Source: Candidatus Omnitrophota bacterium
GTDB lineage: Bacteria; Omnitrophota; Gorgyraeia; Duberdicusellales; 4484-171
DNA length: 64,000 nt
Assembly: GCA_018826075.1 (NCBI GenBank)
Contig: JAHKAJ010000015.1
Location: forward strand, 15,091 to 79,090
Direction of reading: 5' to 3'
The notes beneath the pieces were generated by a model. The model did no database searches and was not told where the DNA came from. It was given only the letters and a program-made list of their open reading frames with translations. Within the stretch, counting starts at the first letter, position 1. The number at the start of each line of letters is the position of its first letter. Made by a program: the position numbers and the translations under genes. This document shows positions 1 to 10,109 of the stretch, piece after piece.

Positions 1-758
1 TTTGAGCAGACCATCCCCGGCTATTTTAAGCGGGATACCCTTTAACTTTTTCCAAGCTTGCAAAAGGATAGCGATTCCTTTCTCTTGAGAAAGCCGGCCG
101 GCAAAAAGAACATAGCTTTTAGTTTTTCTCTCCATCCCAGGATCAGAATTAATAAAATTAGGCTTAATAACTATTTTCTTTTCTGGAAGCCCTCCTTCAA
201 TGTATTTATCACGGGCGAACTTAGTAAGGGCGATATAAATATCAATTTGTTTCTGCCAGGTCTTAAGCCAGCGATGTATAGCTATCATTGAGGCAACTCC
301 GGCAGTTTGTAAATGAGAGCTCCTATAACAAGCCCTTAATACTCCTGGCCAAGGTAAAATAGTTTTTAGACAATGCTCACAAATTTTTCCGTCACGAAAA
401 ATAATTGCTGCCGGACAAAGTAAACGATAATTATGTAATGTCTGGACTACCGGAATTTTTAGTTTCTTGCAAGTATAGTAAGCTGACGGAGAAATGAGAG
501 GAAAAATATTGTGAAAATGAACTATATCCGGTTGTTCTTTATTTAATAGTCGAAGTAACTTGTGCTTTGATTCATTGGACCAGATGAGCTTAGCAGCCAG
601 AACTAAACTATTCATCTTGTCAATCCGGCGGTTATCCTCTGTATAGGTTATAACTTCCTGACCGCCTTGACGTAAAACTGCAACTTCCGATTTAAAAACT
701 TCGTTTTCTCCGCCGTAATTTTTATAGTAATTATGTACTTGAAGTATTTTCATCTCAA
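1..758 (-). CDS. Glycosyltransferase family 4 (GT-B, group-1 type), partial because the C-terminus runs off the window start.
   Basis: The minus-strand ORF begins with ATG at 756..758 and reads MKILQVHNYYKNYGGENEVF...LHNYRLLCPA...YVLFAGRLSQEKGI. It has the typical GT4 N-terminal architecture and is absent from the ORF track only because it is truncated. Confidence 0.6.
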
Positions 759-761
759 ATC

Positions 762-1682
762 TCAAAAGCCAAAATTATAATATACCTTTCTCTTTACTAA
801 AAACTGTAAGCTTTTAGGGGCAATTGAAAAATAGGCTAAAAGAGAAACGGCAGTAAGATTGGCTTTATTTTCCTTAATTGCCCAAAGCAACTCCTGCTTT
901 ACCTTTCCAAACTCTCCGGTCAACAGATAATATATAGCGCAGCGCAGATAAACTTTAGAGATCAGCTTATTTTTAAACCCGGGCTTAAGTCTATAATTTC
1001 TCTGGAAAGCTTTTTCGAGCATATTTTTTTCTTCTTGTTTTGACTGCTCGATATTCTTAAGAATGTAATTTGCTGACATCCGATAAAGAGTTAAAGGCTT
1101 GTTGATATAACCTACTTTATAGTTCTCAGCTAAACGCAGCCACATATCCCAATCAGCAGGAATAAAAATGGTTTCGTCAAAAAGCCCCGCCTTTTCAAAG
1201 CAAGCTTTACGGACGACCGAGGTGGAATTACAAATGTAGTTTCTGGGAAGCAACCTTTTAGCTATCCAGCCGGCTCGCCGGCTTTTAGGGTGAGAAAAAG
1301 TTCGTAAAATCCTATCGTTCTCATCTACGTAATAAGCAGCAGTATGAACGAAACCAAAATCAGGATGTTTCTCTAAATAGCCAACACTCCGCTCTATTTT
1401 TTCCGGTAAATAAATATCGTCGCAATCAAGAAAGCCAATGTAATCGCCGCTAGCTAAACCGATACCTAAATTTCTGGCACTGCAGGCGCCGCCGTTTTTT
1501 TTATAGACATATTTAATCCTCTGCTTAAAGACCGAAAGACACTCCCTGGTATTGTCGCTAGAACCATCATCAACCACAATAAGTTCTATATTTTTATAGG
1601 TCTGATTCAAGACACTATCAATGGCTTTAGCGGTCAGCTCAGCCATATTATAAGCCGGAATAATAACTGATACTTTTTTCAT
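762..1682 (-). CDS. Glycosyltransferase family 2.
   Basis: VSVIIPAYN...LIVVDDGSSDNT...FLDCDD (DXD) motifs. Confidence 0.75.
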   Translation of the reverse strand: MKKVSVIIPAYNMAELTAKAIDSVLNQTYKNIELIVVDDGSSDNTRECLSVFKQRIKYVYKKNGGACSARNLGIGLASGDYIGFLDCDDIYLPEKIERSVGYLEKHPDFGFVHTAAYYVDENDRILRTFSHPKSRRAGWIAKRLLPRNYICNSTSVVRKACFEKAGLFDETIFIPADWDMWLRLAENYKVGYINKPLTLYRMSANYILKNIEQSKQEEKNMLEKAFQRNYRLKPGFKNKLISKVYLRCAIYYLLTGEFGKVKQELLWAIKENKANLTAVSLLAYFSIAPKSLQFLVKRKVYYNFGF

Positions 1683-1691
1683 TTATTATCT

Positions 1692-2576
1692 CTACCTATC
1701 TTTATTGGTCTTAATATATTCGGCCAAAGAATCATGCCAATGAGGCATATGGTTAAGACCAAGTGAATCCAGCTTATAGTTAGAGAGTATTTCCGAACGG
1801 GGCCGCGGCGCCGGCAAAGGAAACTCTTCAGAGCTAATCGGCTTAACCTTCACTCGGCTCTTAAAACCCATAAATTCAACTATTTTTAAAGCAATGTCAT
1901 AACGCGACCCCATGCCTTTATTAACCATATGGTATAAACCATATTTTTCAGTTTCAATTACCTTCAATAAGTTAGCGGCAAAGTCTTTAGTAAAAGTGGG
2001 GCTGCCGAATTTATCGGAAACCGCCCTAAGTTCAGTTCTTCCTTGGCGTAACTGCTGGACGATTTTATAAACAAACTTCTTATCCAGCTGCCAGCCGCCA
2101 ACCATCCAGCCGGCCCGAATAATGAAATAGTCAGAAAGCAACTCCTTTACTACCAGCTCACCCTCGAATTTGCTCCTTCCATAAACATTGATTGGATCCG
2201 GCAAATCAGACTCAATGTAAGCTCGCTGCTTATTACCGTCAAATACATTACTTGTACTAATATAAAGAAGTCGGCAGTTAAACTCCCGGCAGGCATAAGC
2301 AATATTTTTTGTGCCTAGACTATTTACTCTGAAAGCATGTTCGGGATTCTCCTGGCATAAATCAACATTAGTTTCAGCAGCAAGATGAAATATATAGTCT
2401 AGTTGCAGTTGCTCGACTTTACTAAAAACTCTATCCCGATCAGTGACATCTAAAGCCTCTATGTCTGGAACCCGTTGATGAATATCAGTCTGAACGACCT
2501 GGTGTTTGGCCTCTTGCAAACGAACGATAATATCAGCAGCAAGCATACCGGCTGCTCCAGTAATTAATATTTTCAT
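1692..2576 (-). CDS. RmlD-family NDP-4-keto-6-deoxyhexose 4-reductase (dTDP-4-dehydrorhamnose reductase-like).
   Basis: KILITGAAGMLA Rossmann motif, YISTSNVFDG (the STDYVFDG-like motif), YGRSK, GSPTFTKDFA, and a length of 294 aa. Confidence 0.7.
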   Translation of the reverse strand: MKILITGAAGMLAADIIVRLQEAKHQVVQTDIHQRVPDIEALDVTDRDRVFSKVEQLQLDYIFHLAAETNVDLCQENPEHAFRVNSLGTKNIAYACREFNCRLLYISTSNVFDGNKQRAYIESDLPDPINVYGRSKFEGELVVKELLSDYFIIRAGWMVGGWQLDKKFVYKIVQQLRQGRTELRAVSDKFGSPTFTKDFAANLLKVIETEKYGLYHMVNKGMGSRYDIALKIVEFMGFKSRVKVKPISSEEFPLPAPRPRSEILSNYKLDSLGLNHMPHWHDSLAEYIKTNKDR

Positions 2577-2603
2577 GCCTCTCCTTGATTTGCAACCAAA
2601 TAG

Positions 2604-3563
2604 TTAATAATTTGTTGCTGCTTTTCGCAACCGGCCTAAAACTGCAGCGTCAGAGATTAGATCATCGTAAAACTGTCGGTAGTTCTTTTTCTTGATACTT
2701 ATTAATACCTCTCTTAAAAATAACTCAAAACAATCAGCCTTGGCTATCCTTAAAGTCCTTTTTTGGTTTTTTTCGACAATTTTGAACTCATTCTCCATCT
2801 CAACCGGAATTGTAAAAATTCGCTCTATATCTACAAATGTATCTTTACCTAAAAAACTTATGGAATTGCGGTATTCAGTATCAAAACCAAAATGCCCAAC
2901 CATTGACCTTCCTTTAGAGTAAATAGCTAACAAACTAAAAGAAACCTCAAGGTTATCTTTGCTGTCGCGGTTATTTATAGTGCAATACATTTCTTTCGGC
3001 TCCTCGCCAAAAAATAACCTTCCCGGACTAACAGCGTAAGGCCCAAGATCATAAAAAGCTCCTCCGCCTAAAGACCGGCTATATCTAAAATTATCATGAG
3101 CCAGTGGCGGAAAAGAAAAAGAAACAATCAAACGTTGAGGCTCCGTTTTGTTAGCCGAAAAAATATCTTTGGCCATTTTAATTTGAGGATGATAAGCATA
3201 AACCGTAGCTTCAGCCAAACATAGATTGCTCTTTCTTGCTAAATTAACCAATTCTTCGGCTTCCTTCAAACTAGCGAAAGCCGGTTTATCAACTATCACA
3301 TGAAAACCTTTACTAAGTGCAGCTTGAGCTAATTCCTTATGTAAACTATTTACGCTCGATATGTAAACCAAACTAGCCTTACTCTTAGACAAAGCTTGTT
3401 GATAATCATCATAGACATTTCCTCCTAAATCTTTAGGCAAAGTAATTGAAGTTTTAGCCCTATGCGAAGCAAGATCGATGCCGCTAATATCACTAATCGC
3501 CTGTATTGCCGGAATAACTCTTCTTTTTGCAATCTCTGAATAGCTCAAAATTAATACTTGCAT
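2604..3563 (-). CDS. Gfo/Idh/MocA-family oxidoreductase, putatively the NDP-hexose 3-ketoreductase of the 2,6-dideoxy pathway.
   Basis: N-terminal Rossmann fold (MQVLILSYSEIAKRRVIPAI). The track's start at 3611 is a TTG; the ATG at 3561..3563 is the more plausible start. The gene sits immediately downstream of the 2,3-dehydratase. Confidence 0.55.
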   Translation of the reverse strand: MQVLILSYSEIAKRRVIPAIQAISDISGIDLASHRAKTSITLPKDLGGNVYDDYQQALSKSKASLVYISSVNSLHKELAQAALSKGFHVIVDKPAFASLKEAEELVNLARKSNLCLAEATVYAYHPQIKMAKDIFSANKTEPQRLIVSFSFPPLAHDNFRYSRSLGGGAFYDLGPYAVSPGRLFFGEEPKEMYCTINNRDSKDNLEVSFSLLAIYSKGRSMVGHFGFDTEYRNSISFLGKDTFVDIERIFTIPVEMENEFKIVEKNQKRTLRIAKADCFELFLREVLISIKKKNYRQFYDDLISDAAVLGRLRKAATNY

Positions 3564-3579
3564 ATCTTTAACTAAAAAT

Positions 3580-4872
3580 TTACCGGCAAGATAAAAGAGT
3601 TCTTGCCTCAACGCTTACTAAACTGGTCTGGCCAGTAAAATCTAGAAGTTGATCAAAGGTCATCCAGATATAATTAGAAGGTATTTCTAATTCTTCGTTC
3701 TCTCCAACTTCGATTATCATATATCTGTTTTGAGAATGGTAAAAACGTCCTCCTTCTTCCGAAAAAATAACTGAAGATTTAATCTGCTCCGGCGTTGCCT
3801 TAATAAATAACTCTGCAAAAGGAGGCAATTGGCCGCTTTTAAGTCTTTGTTCCGGATCAGAATAAGATACCGTAGGTGCCATTTCGCAAGTATTAATATA
3901 GCCGGGCTCAACTTTAGCCTGGACCAAAGCATGTAAAACACCCTTTATTCTTTTGGTCAGAAACCCCACCATTCCAATATTGGACGGCTTCAATAAAGGT
4001 TGAGACCAGCTTCTGACTTCGCGACCTTCAACCTTAACCGAAACAGCGATAATTGAAAAAAAGGTTCTTGATTCATGACTAATCTGCCAATCATCGATAT
4101 GCCAACCACCCCGGACATCTTTCAAAGCAATACTTTCAGTTTGACACTTATATTTGCTTCTTAATCCCTGGATCCAACTGGCTATCTGCGATTTAGTATA
4201 AATGCCATCACCTTCTTGAGCGGTTAAAGGAAAACAAGAGAGCACCGACCTAGCATCCATATTTACAAAATTATCAATAGCCAAAAGCTCCTTTATCTGC
4301 CTCAAAGTTAACCAATAGAAATTAGGCGGTAAATTTATTTCTTGATCAATCTCAACAATTACGTTGCGATTTCGTTTGCGTAAGAATTTTGCTCCTTGCT
4401 CAGACTGCAGTTGGTCAACTAAAATTTTAGCCTTGCTACCATTAAGAAAAAAATCTAAAAATAAAGGCTGTTTCCCTTTATGAACTTGAGTATAATTACT
4501 TTTAGTAGCTTGGACCGTAGGTGATAATTGAAAAATATTAACATTCCCCGGTTCAACTTTAGCCTGCATAAGAAAATATCTGACCCCGCCGATTATTTTA
4601 GTAACAATACCTAAGATACCGATTTCCGGTTGATTTATGATCGGCTGCTCCCAAAATCCCGGGTATCGAAAATTGGTTTCAATCCTCAAGCCCTCAATTC
4701 TAAAAAATTTACCTGAAGAATGAACGATATTTCCTGAATCTTCTTCAAAGTGCCAACTATCTAATTGGCTAAATGGAATCTGCTTAACTGAAAAATTGGT
4801 TAAGTTTTTTAACCGCTCGAATTCTGACTTAAGGCCCTTAACGCTTATAAAATTTCTATCTTTTATTCTCAT
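3580..4872 (-). CDS. NDP-hexose 2,3-dehydratase (two tandem Hexose_dehydrat/Nudix-like repeats).
   Basis: Internal duplication is visible in the protein: ...YFLMQAKVEPGNVNIFQLSPTVQATKSNY... and ...HALVQAKVEPGYINTCEMAPTVSYSD.... The 430-aa two-repeat architecture is typical of EvaA/TylX3/OleV-type enzymes. Confidence 0.6.
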   Translation of the reverse strand: MRIKDRNFISVKGLKSEFERLKNLTNFSVKQIPFSQLDSWHFEEDSGNIVHSSGKFFRIEGLRIETNFRYPGFWEQPIINQPEIGILGIVTKIIGGVRYFLMQAKVEPGNVNIFQLSPTVQATKSNYTQVHKGKQPLFLDFFLNGSKAKILVDQLQSEQGAKFLRKRNRNVIVEIDQEINLPPNFYWLTLRQIKELLAIDNFVNMDARSVLSCFPLTAQEGDGIYTKSQIASWIQGLRSKYKCQTESIALKDVRGGWHIDDWQISHESRTFFSIIAVSVKVEGREVRSWSQPLLKPSNIGMVGFLTKRIKGVLHALVQAKVEPGYINTCEMAPTVSYSDPEQRLKSGQLPPFAELFIKATPEQIKSSVIFSEEGGRFYHSQNRYMIIEVGENEELEIPSNYIWMTFDQLLDFTGQTSLVSVEARTLLSCR

Positions 4873-4901
4873 TTCTTGCTGGCTATAAATTTTTAAAAAG
4901 A

Positions 4902-6821
4902 TTAAGAGATATCACTGCTCACCCCTTTACCCATTAATTCATTCAAGTAAGCAAAGGTTACCCCAAACAAAGACCAGAAAGGTATGGCATAATAAGGCAA
5001 CTCTAAAATAACCGCAAAATTAGCATACATCAATATGCTGATTATGGCTCCTGACAACAATATTCCGTTAATTGATCTTAAACATATCGACCTTTTTATT
5101 ATTTTAATTAAAAAAATAACCATAAACACAATATATAGCATCCCTACTATTCCTGCTCTATACACAAGGGCTAAGTAAGAGTTATGGAAGGCGATCCAAC
5201 CGTCGCGACCCCATTCCCCCCCGGCGAAACCAGCTATCTCAATGCCGCGAGAACGAAAAGGTTTACCAAAATCAAAACCTAAAAGAGGCTTTTCTTTTAT
5301 AAGCTGGATTAAAGCATCTCTCCAAATTAAAATCCTAAAGATAGAATTGCCACGGGCGTCAGATGCTTTCCTTACTCTAAGTTTATACCGCGTATCACGG
5401 ATATTCAAGAATGGATCTTCGATTTTATTCCGAAACTCCTGAATTGCTTTAGTTAATTCAACGTCTTCAGTTGCGATTTCCAACTCATTTAAAAGCGCTA
5501 GGTTTTGTTCTATCTCATTTTGGGCCTTTTTTACCAAAACCCAAACATCTTCAGTCTCTCTAAACGACTCTGTTTTCTCGGATATTTTCCGAAGCCTTTC
5601 TAAAACCGCATTAACCCTAACCACCTTTTCCTCTAATATCCCTAAGGTAGCTTGGATTTCTGTTGCTATCGGAGAAGATAATGCTTTTTTAGCTTTTGGA
5701 ATTTGAGCTAAATCTGTATTTACCGGTTGCGGGCTGAGTTTTTCTAAAGAATCAATGACGCCAATCGTGCTGGCTTGGATTTCTTTTAATCTAGATTCAG
5801 GTTCCTTGTTTTTTTCTGCTGTCGGATTTACTTCAACTGGCTTTTCCTCAATTACCGAAACCGGCAATGCAGCTTTTCGTTTAATTTGTGGGTTATAAAG
5901 AACTGCTTTGATCTCTTTAGGGTTATAATCATTTTCAGTGTCGCTGACAAGCTCTTTAGACTCTAAATATTGCTTCTTTAGCTTACCTAAATCTATGAGA
6001 GATTTTATTTCCTGAACATATCCCAACTTAAATACAGCTAGCAGCAAAAAAAACATACAAAGCCCCAATATAAAAACTTTAGTTCTTGCCTTAGCCTTTA
6101 AAATAAAAATTATCGCTACGCATATAAATATCGCAGCTGTAACATTACCTACCAGAATTGCCCGCGAATCTCGCAAAAATGCACCATAGGGAACTAACAG
6201 AAATAATAATAAAAAAAGAGCGTATTTGATACTTCTGAGGGAGTAAGCTTTTATTAATACAAAGGCTAAAATAAAAACAGTAAATAAAAAAAACGGCTGG
6301 ATTCGAAAAAATAATTTAACTATGTTTATCCTCAATGAAATAATCAAAAGAAGTGATAGAATTAAAATGGCGTTTTGACTAAAAAACTTTTTCTTATAGA
6401 AAGTATAGCCGAATATTGCAAACAGAGGATAATAAAATAATGCTGCATGCCTAAAAGCTAAAGGCCCCCATTTAGAGGGCCCTAAATACCCCCAAAAAGC
6501 TTTTGCCGCCACAAAGATGAAATAAAAAAACAATGAATAATGCCAAGCTTTTAGTTTTGGAGGAAACTTTTTCCATTTCATGGACAAGACAATTAAACAT
6601 AAAAAAATTAATATTTCACCGATAAATATAGGAAAATCTAAAAAAGAAAACTGAATATGGCATTCGGCAAATTCACGCCTAAACAAAAGATAGCCAAAAG
6701 AAATTAATCCCATGAGAAATAGACCTATAGCCTCTAAGCGACAACTCTTGTCTACGCCAAAACGGTTAAATATTCTACCTAAATAATTAGATATACCGCT
6801 AGTAATGGTTCGATGACTCAT
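4902..6821 (-). CDS. Polytopic membrane protein with a Wzy_C domain (O-antigen ligase / polymerase / O-oligosaccharyltransferase family) and a roughly 240-aa coiled-coil insert.
   Basis: About eight N-terminal TM helices, then a charged coiled-coil region, then RGNSIFRILIWRD...GWIAFHNSYL (the Wzy_C R...H...NSYL signature) and further TM helices. Confidence 0.55.
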   Translation of the reverse strand: MSHRTITSGISNYLGRIFNRFGVDKSCRLEAIGLFLMGLISFGYLLFRREFAECHIQFSFLDFPIFIGEILIFLCLIVLSMKWKKFPPKLKAWHYSLFFYFIFVAAKAFWGYLGPSKWGPLAFRHAALFYYPLFAIFGYTFYKKKFFSQNAILILSLLLIISLRINIVKLFFRIQPFFLFTVFILAFVLIKAYSLRSIKYALFLLLFLLVPYGAFLRDSRAILVGNVTAAIFICVAIIFILKAKARTKVFILGLCMFFLLLAVFKLGYVQEIKSLIDLGKLKKQYLESKELVSDTENDYNPKEIKAVLYNPQIKRKAALPVSVIEEKPVEVNPTAEKNKEPESRLKEIQASTIGVIDSLEKLSPQPVNTDLAQIPKAKKALSSPIATEIQATLGILEEKVVRVNAVLERLRKISEKTESFRETEDVWVLVKKAQNEIEQNLALLNELEIATEDVELTKAIQEFRNKIEDPFLNIRDTRYKLRVRKASDARGNSIFRILIWRDALIQLIKEKPLLGFDFGKPFRSRGIEIAGFAGGEWGRDGWIAFHNSYLALVYRAGIVGMLYIVFMVIFLIKIIKRSICLRSINGILLSGAIISILMYANFAVILELPYYAIPFWSLFGVTFAYLNELMGKGVSSDIS

Positions 6822-7782
6822 TTACCCCTCTGGATCTTTTTCCTAAAGCCCTAATCCAGGTGCCTTGAGGATTATTGGTAACTGTACCGTAATACCACTG
6901 ATAAAATCTTTTTGAAATACATACCGGGATAAAAAAACGCAACTTATAGAATAGGTTTTCCAGTATTTTAAAAATCACTCTATTTTTACCGCGGCCGGCC
7001 GGAGAGCCTTGCATATCCCTTCCATAACAAGCAATCTGCTGAAGGCTTAAACCACTTTTTTCAAAAAGCATTTGCAGGCTCAGCTTATTGAAAAAAGTTA
7101 AATGCGGGAATACGTCCAGTTTGAACAGATAATCTTGATTAGGCAAATCAGCAAAAATGTATCCCCCTTCAGCTAATTTCTCTACTGCTTTTTCCAGCAT
7201 ATCCTTAGGCCGATAAAGGTGTTCTAAAACATTTGATAAAATAATAATATCAAATTGCCCTTCTATTGCCTCTAAACTGTCTTCAACTTTCAATTTAATC
7301 TTAGGATAACCTTTATGCCAAGTTTTTTTGAGTGACTCCCTTAACACATTGTCTTTTTCGACAATGTAATAACTGTCTAAACATATTTCCCGATCTTTAG
7401 CTGCAACCATTCCTAAAAACCCCTGCCCGGCCCCGATATCAAGCATAGATATGGCTTTAGTAATTTTCTTAATAACCGGCTTAATAATTCTCCAACGGGC
7501 AGTAGACAAAGCATAATGGCCAGGGAATTTCCTCGGCAACAAGACCTCTACTCGAGAATTATTCCAATAACCGCTCTGGGAATAAAATTCAAGCAACTGC
7601 TCATCGCTCAATTTGGGAAAAGCTACTCCAACACCGCAACTACTACAAAAAAGGATAGAGTGCGGCTTGGAAAGAAAACTATTCCTAGATAAATCCGTAG
7701 GGTACTTTACAGTTCTAAAACCAGAATCTTCCAAAGACCGAGAACAGACAGGACAAATCAATAATGTTTTCTCGATTATCAT
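6799..7782 (-). CDS. Class I SAM-dependent methyltransferase with an N-terminal Zn ribbon.
   Basis: CPVCSRSL...CSSCGVGVAF Zn ribbon and LDIGAGQGF motif I. Confidence 0.6.
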   Translation of the reverse strand: MIIEKTLLICPVCSRSLEDSGFRTVKYPTDLSRNSFLSKPHSILFCSSCGVGVAFPKLSDEQLLEFYSQSGYWNNSRVEVLLPRKFPGHYALSTARWRIIKPVIKKITKAISMLDIGAGQGFLGMVAAKDREICLDSYYIVEKDNVLRESLKKTWHKGYPKIKLKVEDSLEAIEGQFDIIILSNVLEHLYRPKDMLEKAVEKLAEGGYIFADLPNQDYLFKLDVFPHLTFFNKLSLQMLFEKSGLSLQQIACYGRDMQGSPAGRGKNRVIFKILENLFYKLRFFIPVCISKRFYQWYYGTVTNNPQGTWIRALGKRSRGVNESSNHY

Positions 7783-8705
7783 GATCTAAAAAAATTAATC
7801 AGGTTTTTTGTCGCTTCCACTTCCATTGCCAAACGAGATTCTCTGGTTAAAGTTCCCACATGGGGAGTTAAAATTACATTATCCAGTTCAAAAAGCTTTC
7901 CTCGATAGGGCTCCTTAGAAAAAACATCCAAGGCTGCCGCAGACAAATACTTGCTGGATAAAGCATCGTATAGAGCATTTTCATCAATAAATTTACCCCG
8001 GGAAGTATTGATTACAGCAGCCCCTCTTTTCATCAAGGATATTTTTTCTCTATCCAGCTTAAAAGAGTCAGCAGCATTATCAGAAAGATGGATAGATATA
8101 ATATCAACGACACTCAATAATTCCCGCACCGGTAAAACCTTCAAGTTATTGCTTTTAGCCCAGGCATCATCAATAACCATATCTGCCCCGTAAAGATCAG
8201 CCTCTAATCTATTTAATAATTCAACTACCCGGCGGCCTATCCTGCCTAAACCTAATATCCCCACTTTTGCTCCGCTCAATAAATTTCCAGATACCTTTTG
8301 CCATTTTCCCGACTTCAAAAGAGCGGTATGAAAACTCAAATTACGCAATAAATCAAAAAACATGGCAATGGTTAGTTCGGCCACCGGCTGGATTACCACG
8401 CTGGGAGTATTAAAAACAGCGATACCTTTTTGTTTAGCTTTCGATAGAGCTATATTATCTAAGCCTACGCCGCAACGTGAGATACAGCGAAGCTGCGGCA
8501 AATGGTCAATAACGTAATCGTCATAAGGTTCAAGGCCGGCGATTGCGCCTTCGGAATCTTTACCCATTTTGATTATTTCTTCCTGGACTAACCTTCGGCC
8601 TAAGGGATTAATAAAATACTCAAAACCATTTTGTTCAAGCAGATTCAGCGATTCTTTTCCGTGTTCAGCAAAAGTCGAAGCTGAAATAAATATTTTCTTA
8701 CTCAT
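7779..8705 (-). CDS. D-isomer-specific 2-hydroxyacid dehydrogenase family (PGDH/glycerate dehydrogenase-like).
   Basis: GILGLGRIGRRV NAD-binding motif and a catalytic-domain layout typical of the family. Confidence 0.7.
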   Translation of the reverse strand: MSKKIFISASTFAEHGKESLNLLEQNGFEYFINPLGRRLVQEEIIKMGKDSEGAIAGLEPYDDYVIDHLPQLRCISRCGVGLDNIALSKAKQKGIAVFNTPSVVIQPVAELTIAMFFDLLRNLSFHTALLKSGKWQKVSGNLLSGAKVGILGLGRIGRRVVELLNRLEADLYGADMVIDDAWAKSNNLKVLPVRELLSVVDIISIHLSDNAADSFKLDREKISLMKRGAAVINTSRGKFIDENALYDALSSKYLSAAALDVFSKEPYRGKLFELDNVILTPHVGTLTRESRLAMEVEATKNLINFFRS

Positions 8706-9469
8706 CTTATCTTTTGATAGAATGCCTGCTGAGCAGGGTCCTGAAGCAAAATCTTTTCAACCTCTTCTACATCACTTTCTCTATCTACGGCTACTGTCCG
8801 CTGAGGATAAATAACGCTGTAAATCGGATACCCGTGCTCAAGTATTCTTAAGAAATCTATGGATTCGGCTATTTCCATAGTCGTATGCGGCAAACTAGAA
8901 TATTGCCGTAAAAAAGTTTTGGTAAATGCAGAGATCCCTGTCTGGCGGTATGCCGGGCAATTATTTTTTACCCGCATATAGGGAACAGGCAGACGGGAAT
9001 AATACATAATATAGCCTCTATTGTTTAAAACCGCCTTAACCACGTCAGTATTATTTAAATCGCCTTCCTCGCTAATAACCGAAACCAAGTTAACGCATTC
9101 GGCCTTTTTATCCCTGACTATTGGCCGGACAACCAGATCAAAAGGGCCGGGATCAATAAGCGGCTCATCTCCTGAAATAATAACCACGATATCAACATCT
9201 AATTTTTCAGCTGCCTCTTCGATGCGGTCAGTGCAGCGCTGATGAGTATCAGCGGTCATAACCGCTTTCCCGCCATAGCGTTCAACAGTTTCTTTTATCT
9301 CATTATCGCAAGTAGCCACATAGACATCATTAAAAATTTCGGACAGAAGAGCCCGCCGGCGGACATGTTCAATCATCGGCAAACCCAATATATCCACCAG
9401 GGGTTTTCCGGGAAAACGCGAAGAAGCCATCCGAGCAGGAATAACTGCTGCTATCTTTTTTTTATTCAT
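8702..9469 (-). CDS. KdsB-like 3-deoxy-ulosonate cytidylyltransferase (CTP_transf_3 family).
   Basis: IAAVIPARMASSRFPGKPLVDILGLPMIEHV closely resembles the KdsB N-terminus; length is 255 aa. Confidence 0.65.
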   Translation of the reverse strand: MNKKKIAAVIPARMASSRFPGKPLVDILGLPMIEHVRRRALLSEIFNDVYVATCDNEIKETVERYGGKAVMTADTHQRCTDRIEEAAEKLDVDIVVIISGDEPLIDPGPFDLVVRPIVRDKKAECVNLVSVISEEGDLNNTDVVKAVLNNRGYIMYYSRLPVPYMRVKNNCPAYRQTGISAFTKTFLRQYSSLPHTTMEIAESIDFLRILEHGYPIYSVIYPQRTVAVDRESDVEEVEKILLQDPAQQAFYQKIR

Positions 9470-9491
9470 ATCAAAATTGCTTCATACATAA

Positions 9492-10106
9492 TTAAACGTT
9501 ACTTTTGCGCGAACCGATTTTTATTGCAGGAACCCCACCGACAATATCAAAATCGGCTACATCTTTAGTTACTACAGCCCCTGCACCCACAACAGCCCCC
9601 TTACCAACTACAACATTAGGTAGGATTACGGCATTTGCCCCTATCCAAACATCTTCTTTTATGACTATTTTTCCTTCTTGATGGCCTTGATCTCTTATAG
9701 GAATATTAATATCTTTATATCTATGCCCACTGGCTCGCATAACTACATTTGGGCCCACCAAGACATTACTTTCAATAGTGATCTCTCCTCCTATATCGGC
9801 ATTTATCATAACATTACAATTTAGACCTACTCTATTTCCTATCTTTATACTTGAATCATTACTTTTTGATTCGGCAAAAATACAACTATGCGGAGATATG
9901 CACACCTCATCACCAAACTCAATATTTTTAAACCCTTTAATAGATACGCCCTGTAAAATATACACTTTCTTACCGCAGGTCCTAAATCTTTTTTTATAAA
10001 TAGAATACCGTAAATGACAGCCCAAAATTCCTGGAATTTCTGACAATAGGCTATCGCTAAGTAGCCTAACTTCTCTTAAAATTTTGTTTAGAATACTTAC
10101 TCCCAA
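9492..10106 (-). CDS. Hexapeptide-repeat (left-handed beta-helix) acyl/acetyltransferase.
   Basis: Repeated [LIV]G-x-x-x-x hexapeptides (IGNRVGLNCNVMINADIGGEITIESNVLVGPNVV...). Confidence 0.65.
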   Translation of the reverse strand: MGVSILNKILREVRLLSDSLLSEIPGILGCHLRYSIYKKRFRTCGKKVYILQGVSIKGFKNIEFGDEVCISPHSCIFAESKSNDSSIKIGNRVGLNCNVMINADIGGEITIESNVLVGPNVVMRASGHRYKDINIPIRDQGHQEGKIVIKEDVWIGANAVILPNVVVGKGAVVGAGAVVTKDVADFDIVGGVPAIKIGSRKSNV

Positions 10107-10109
10107 TAT

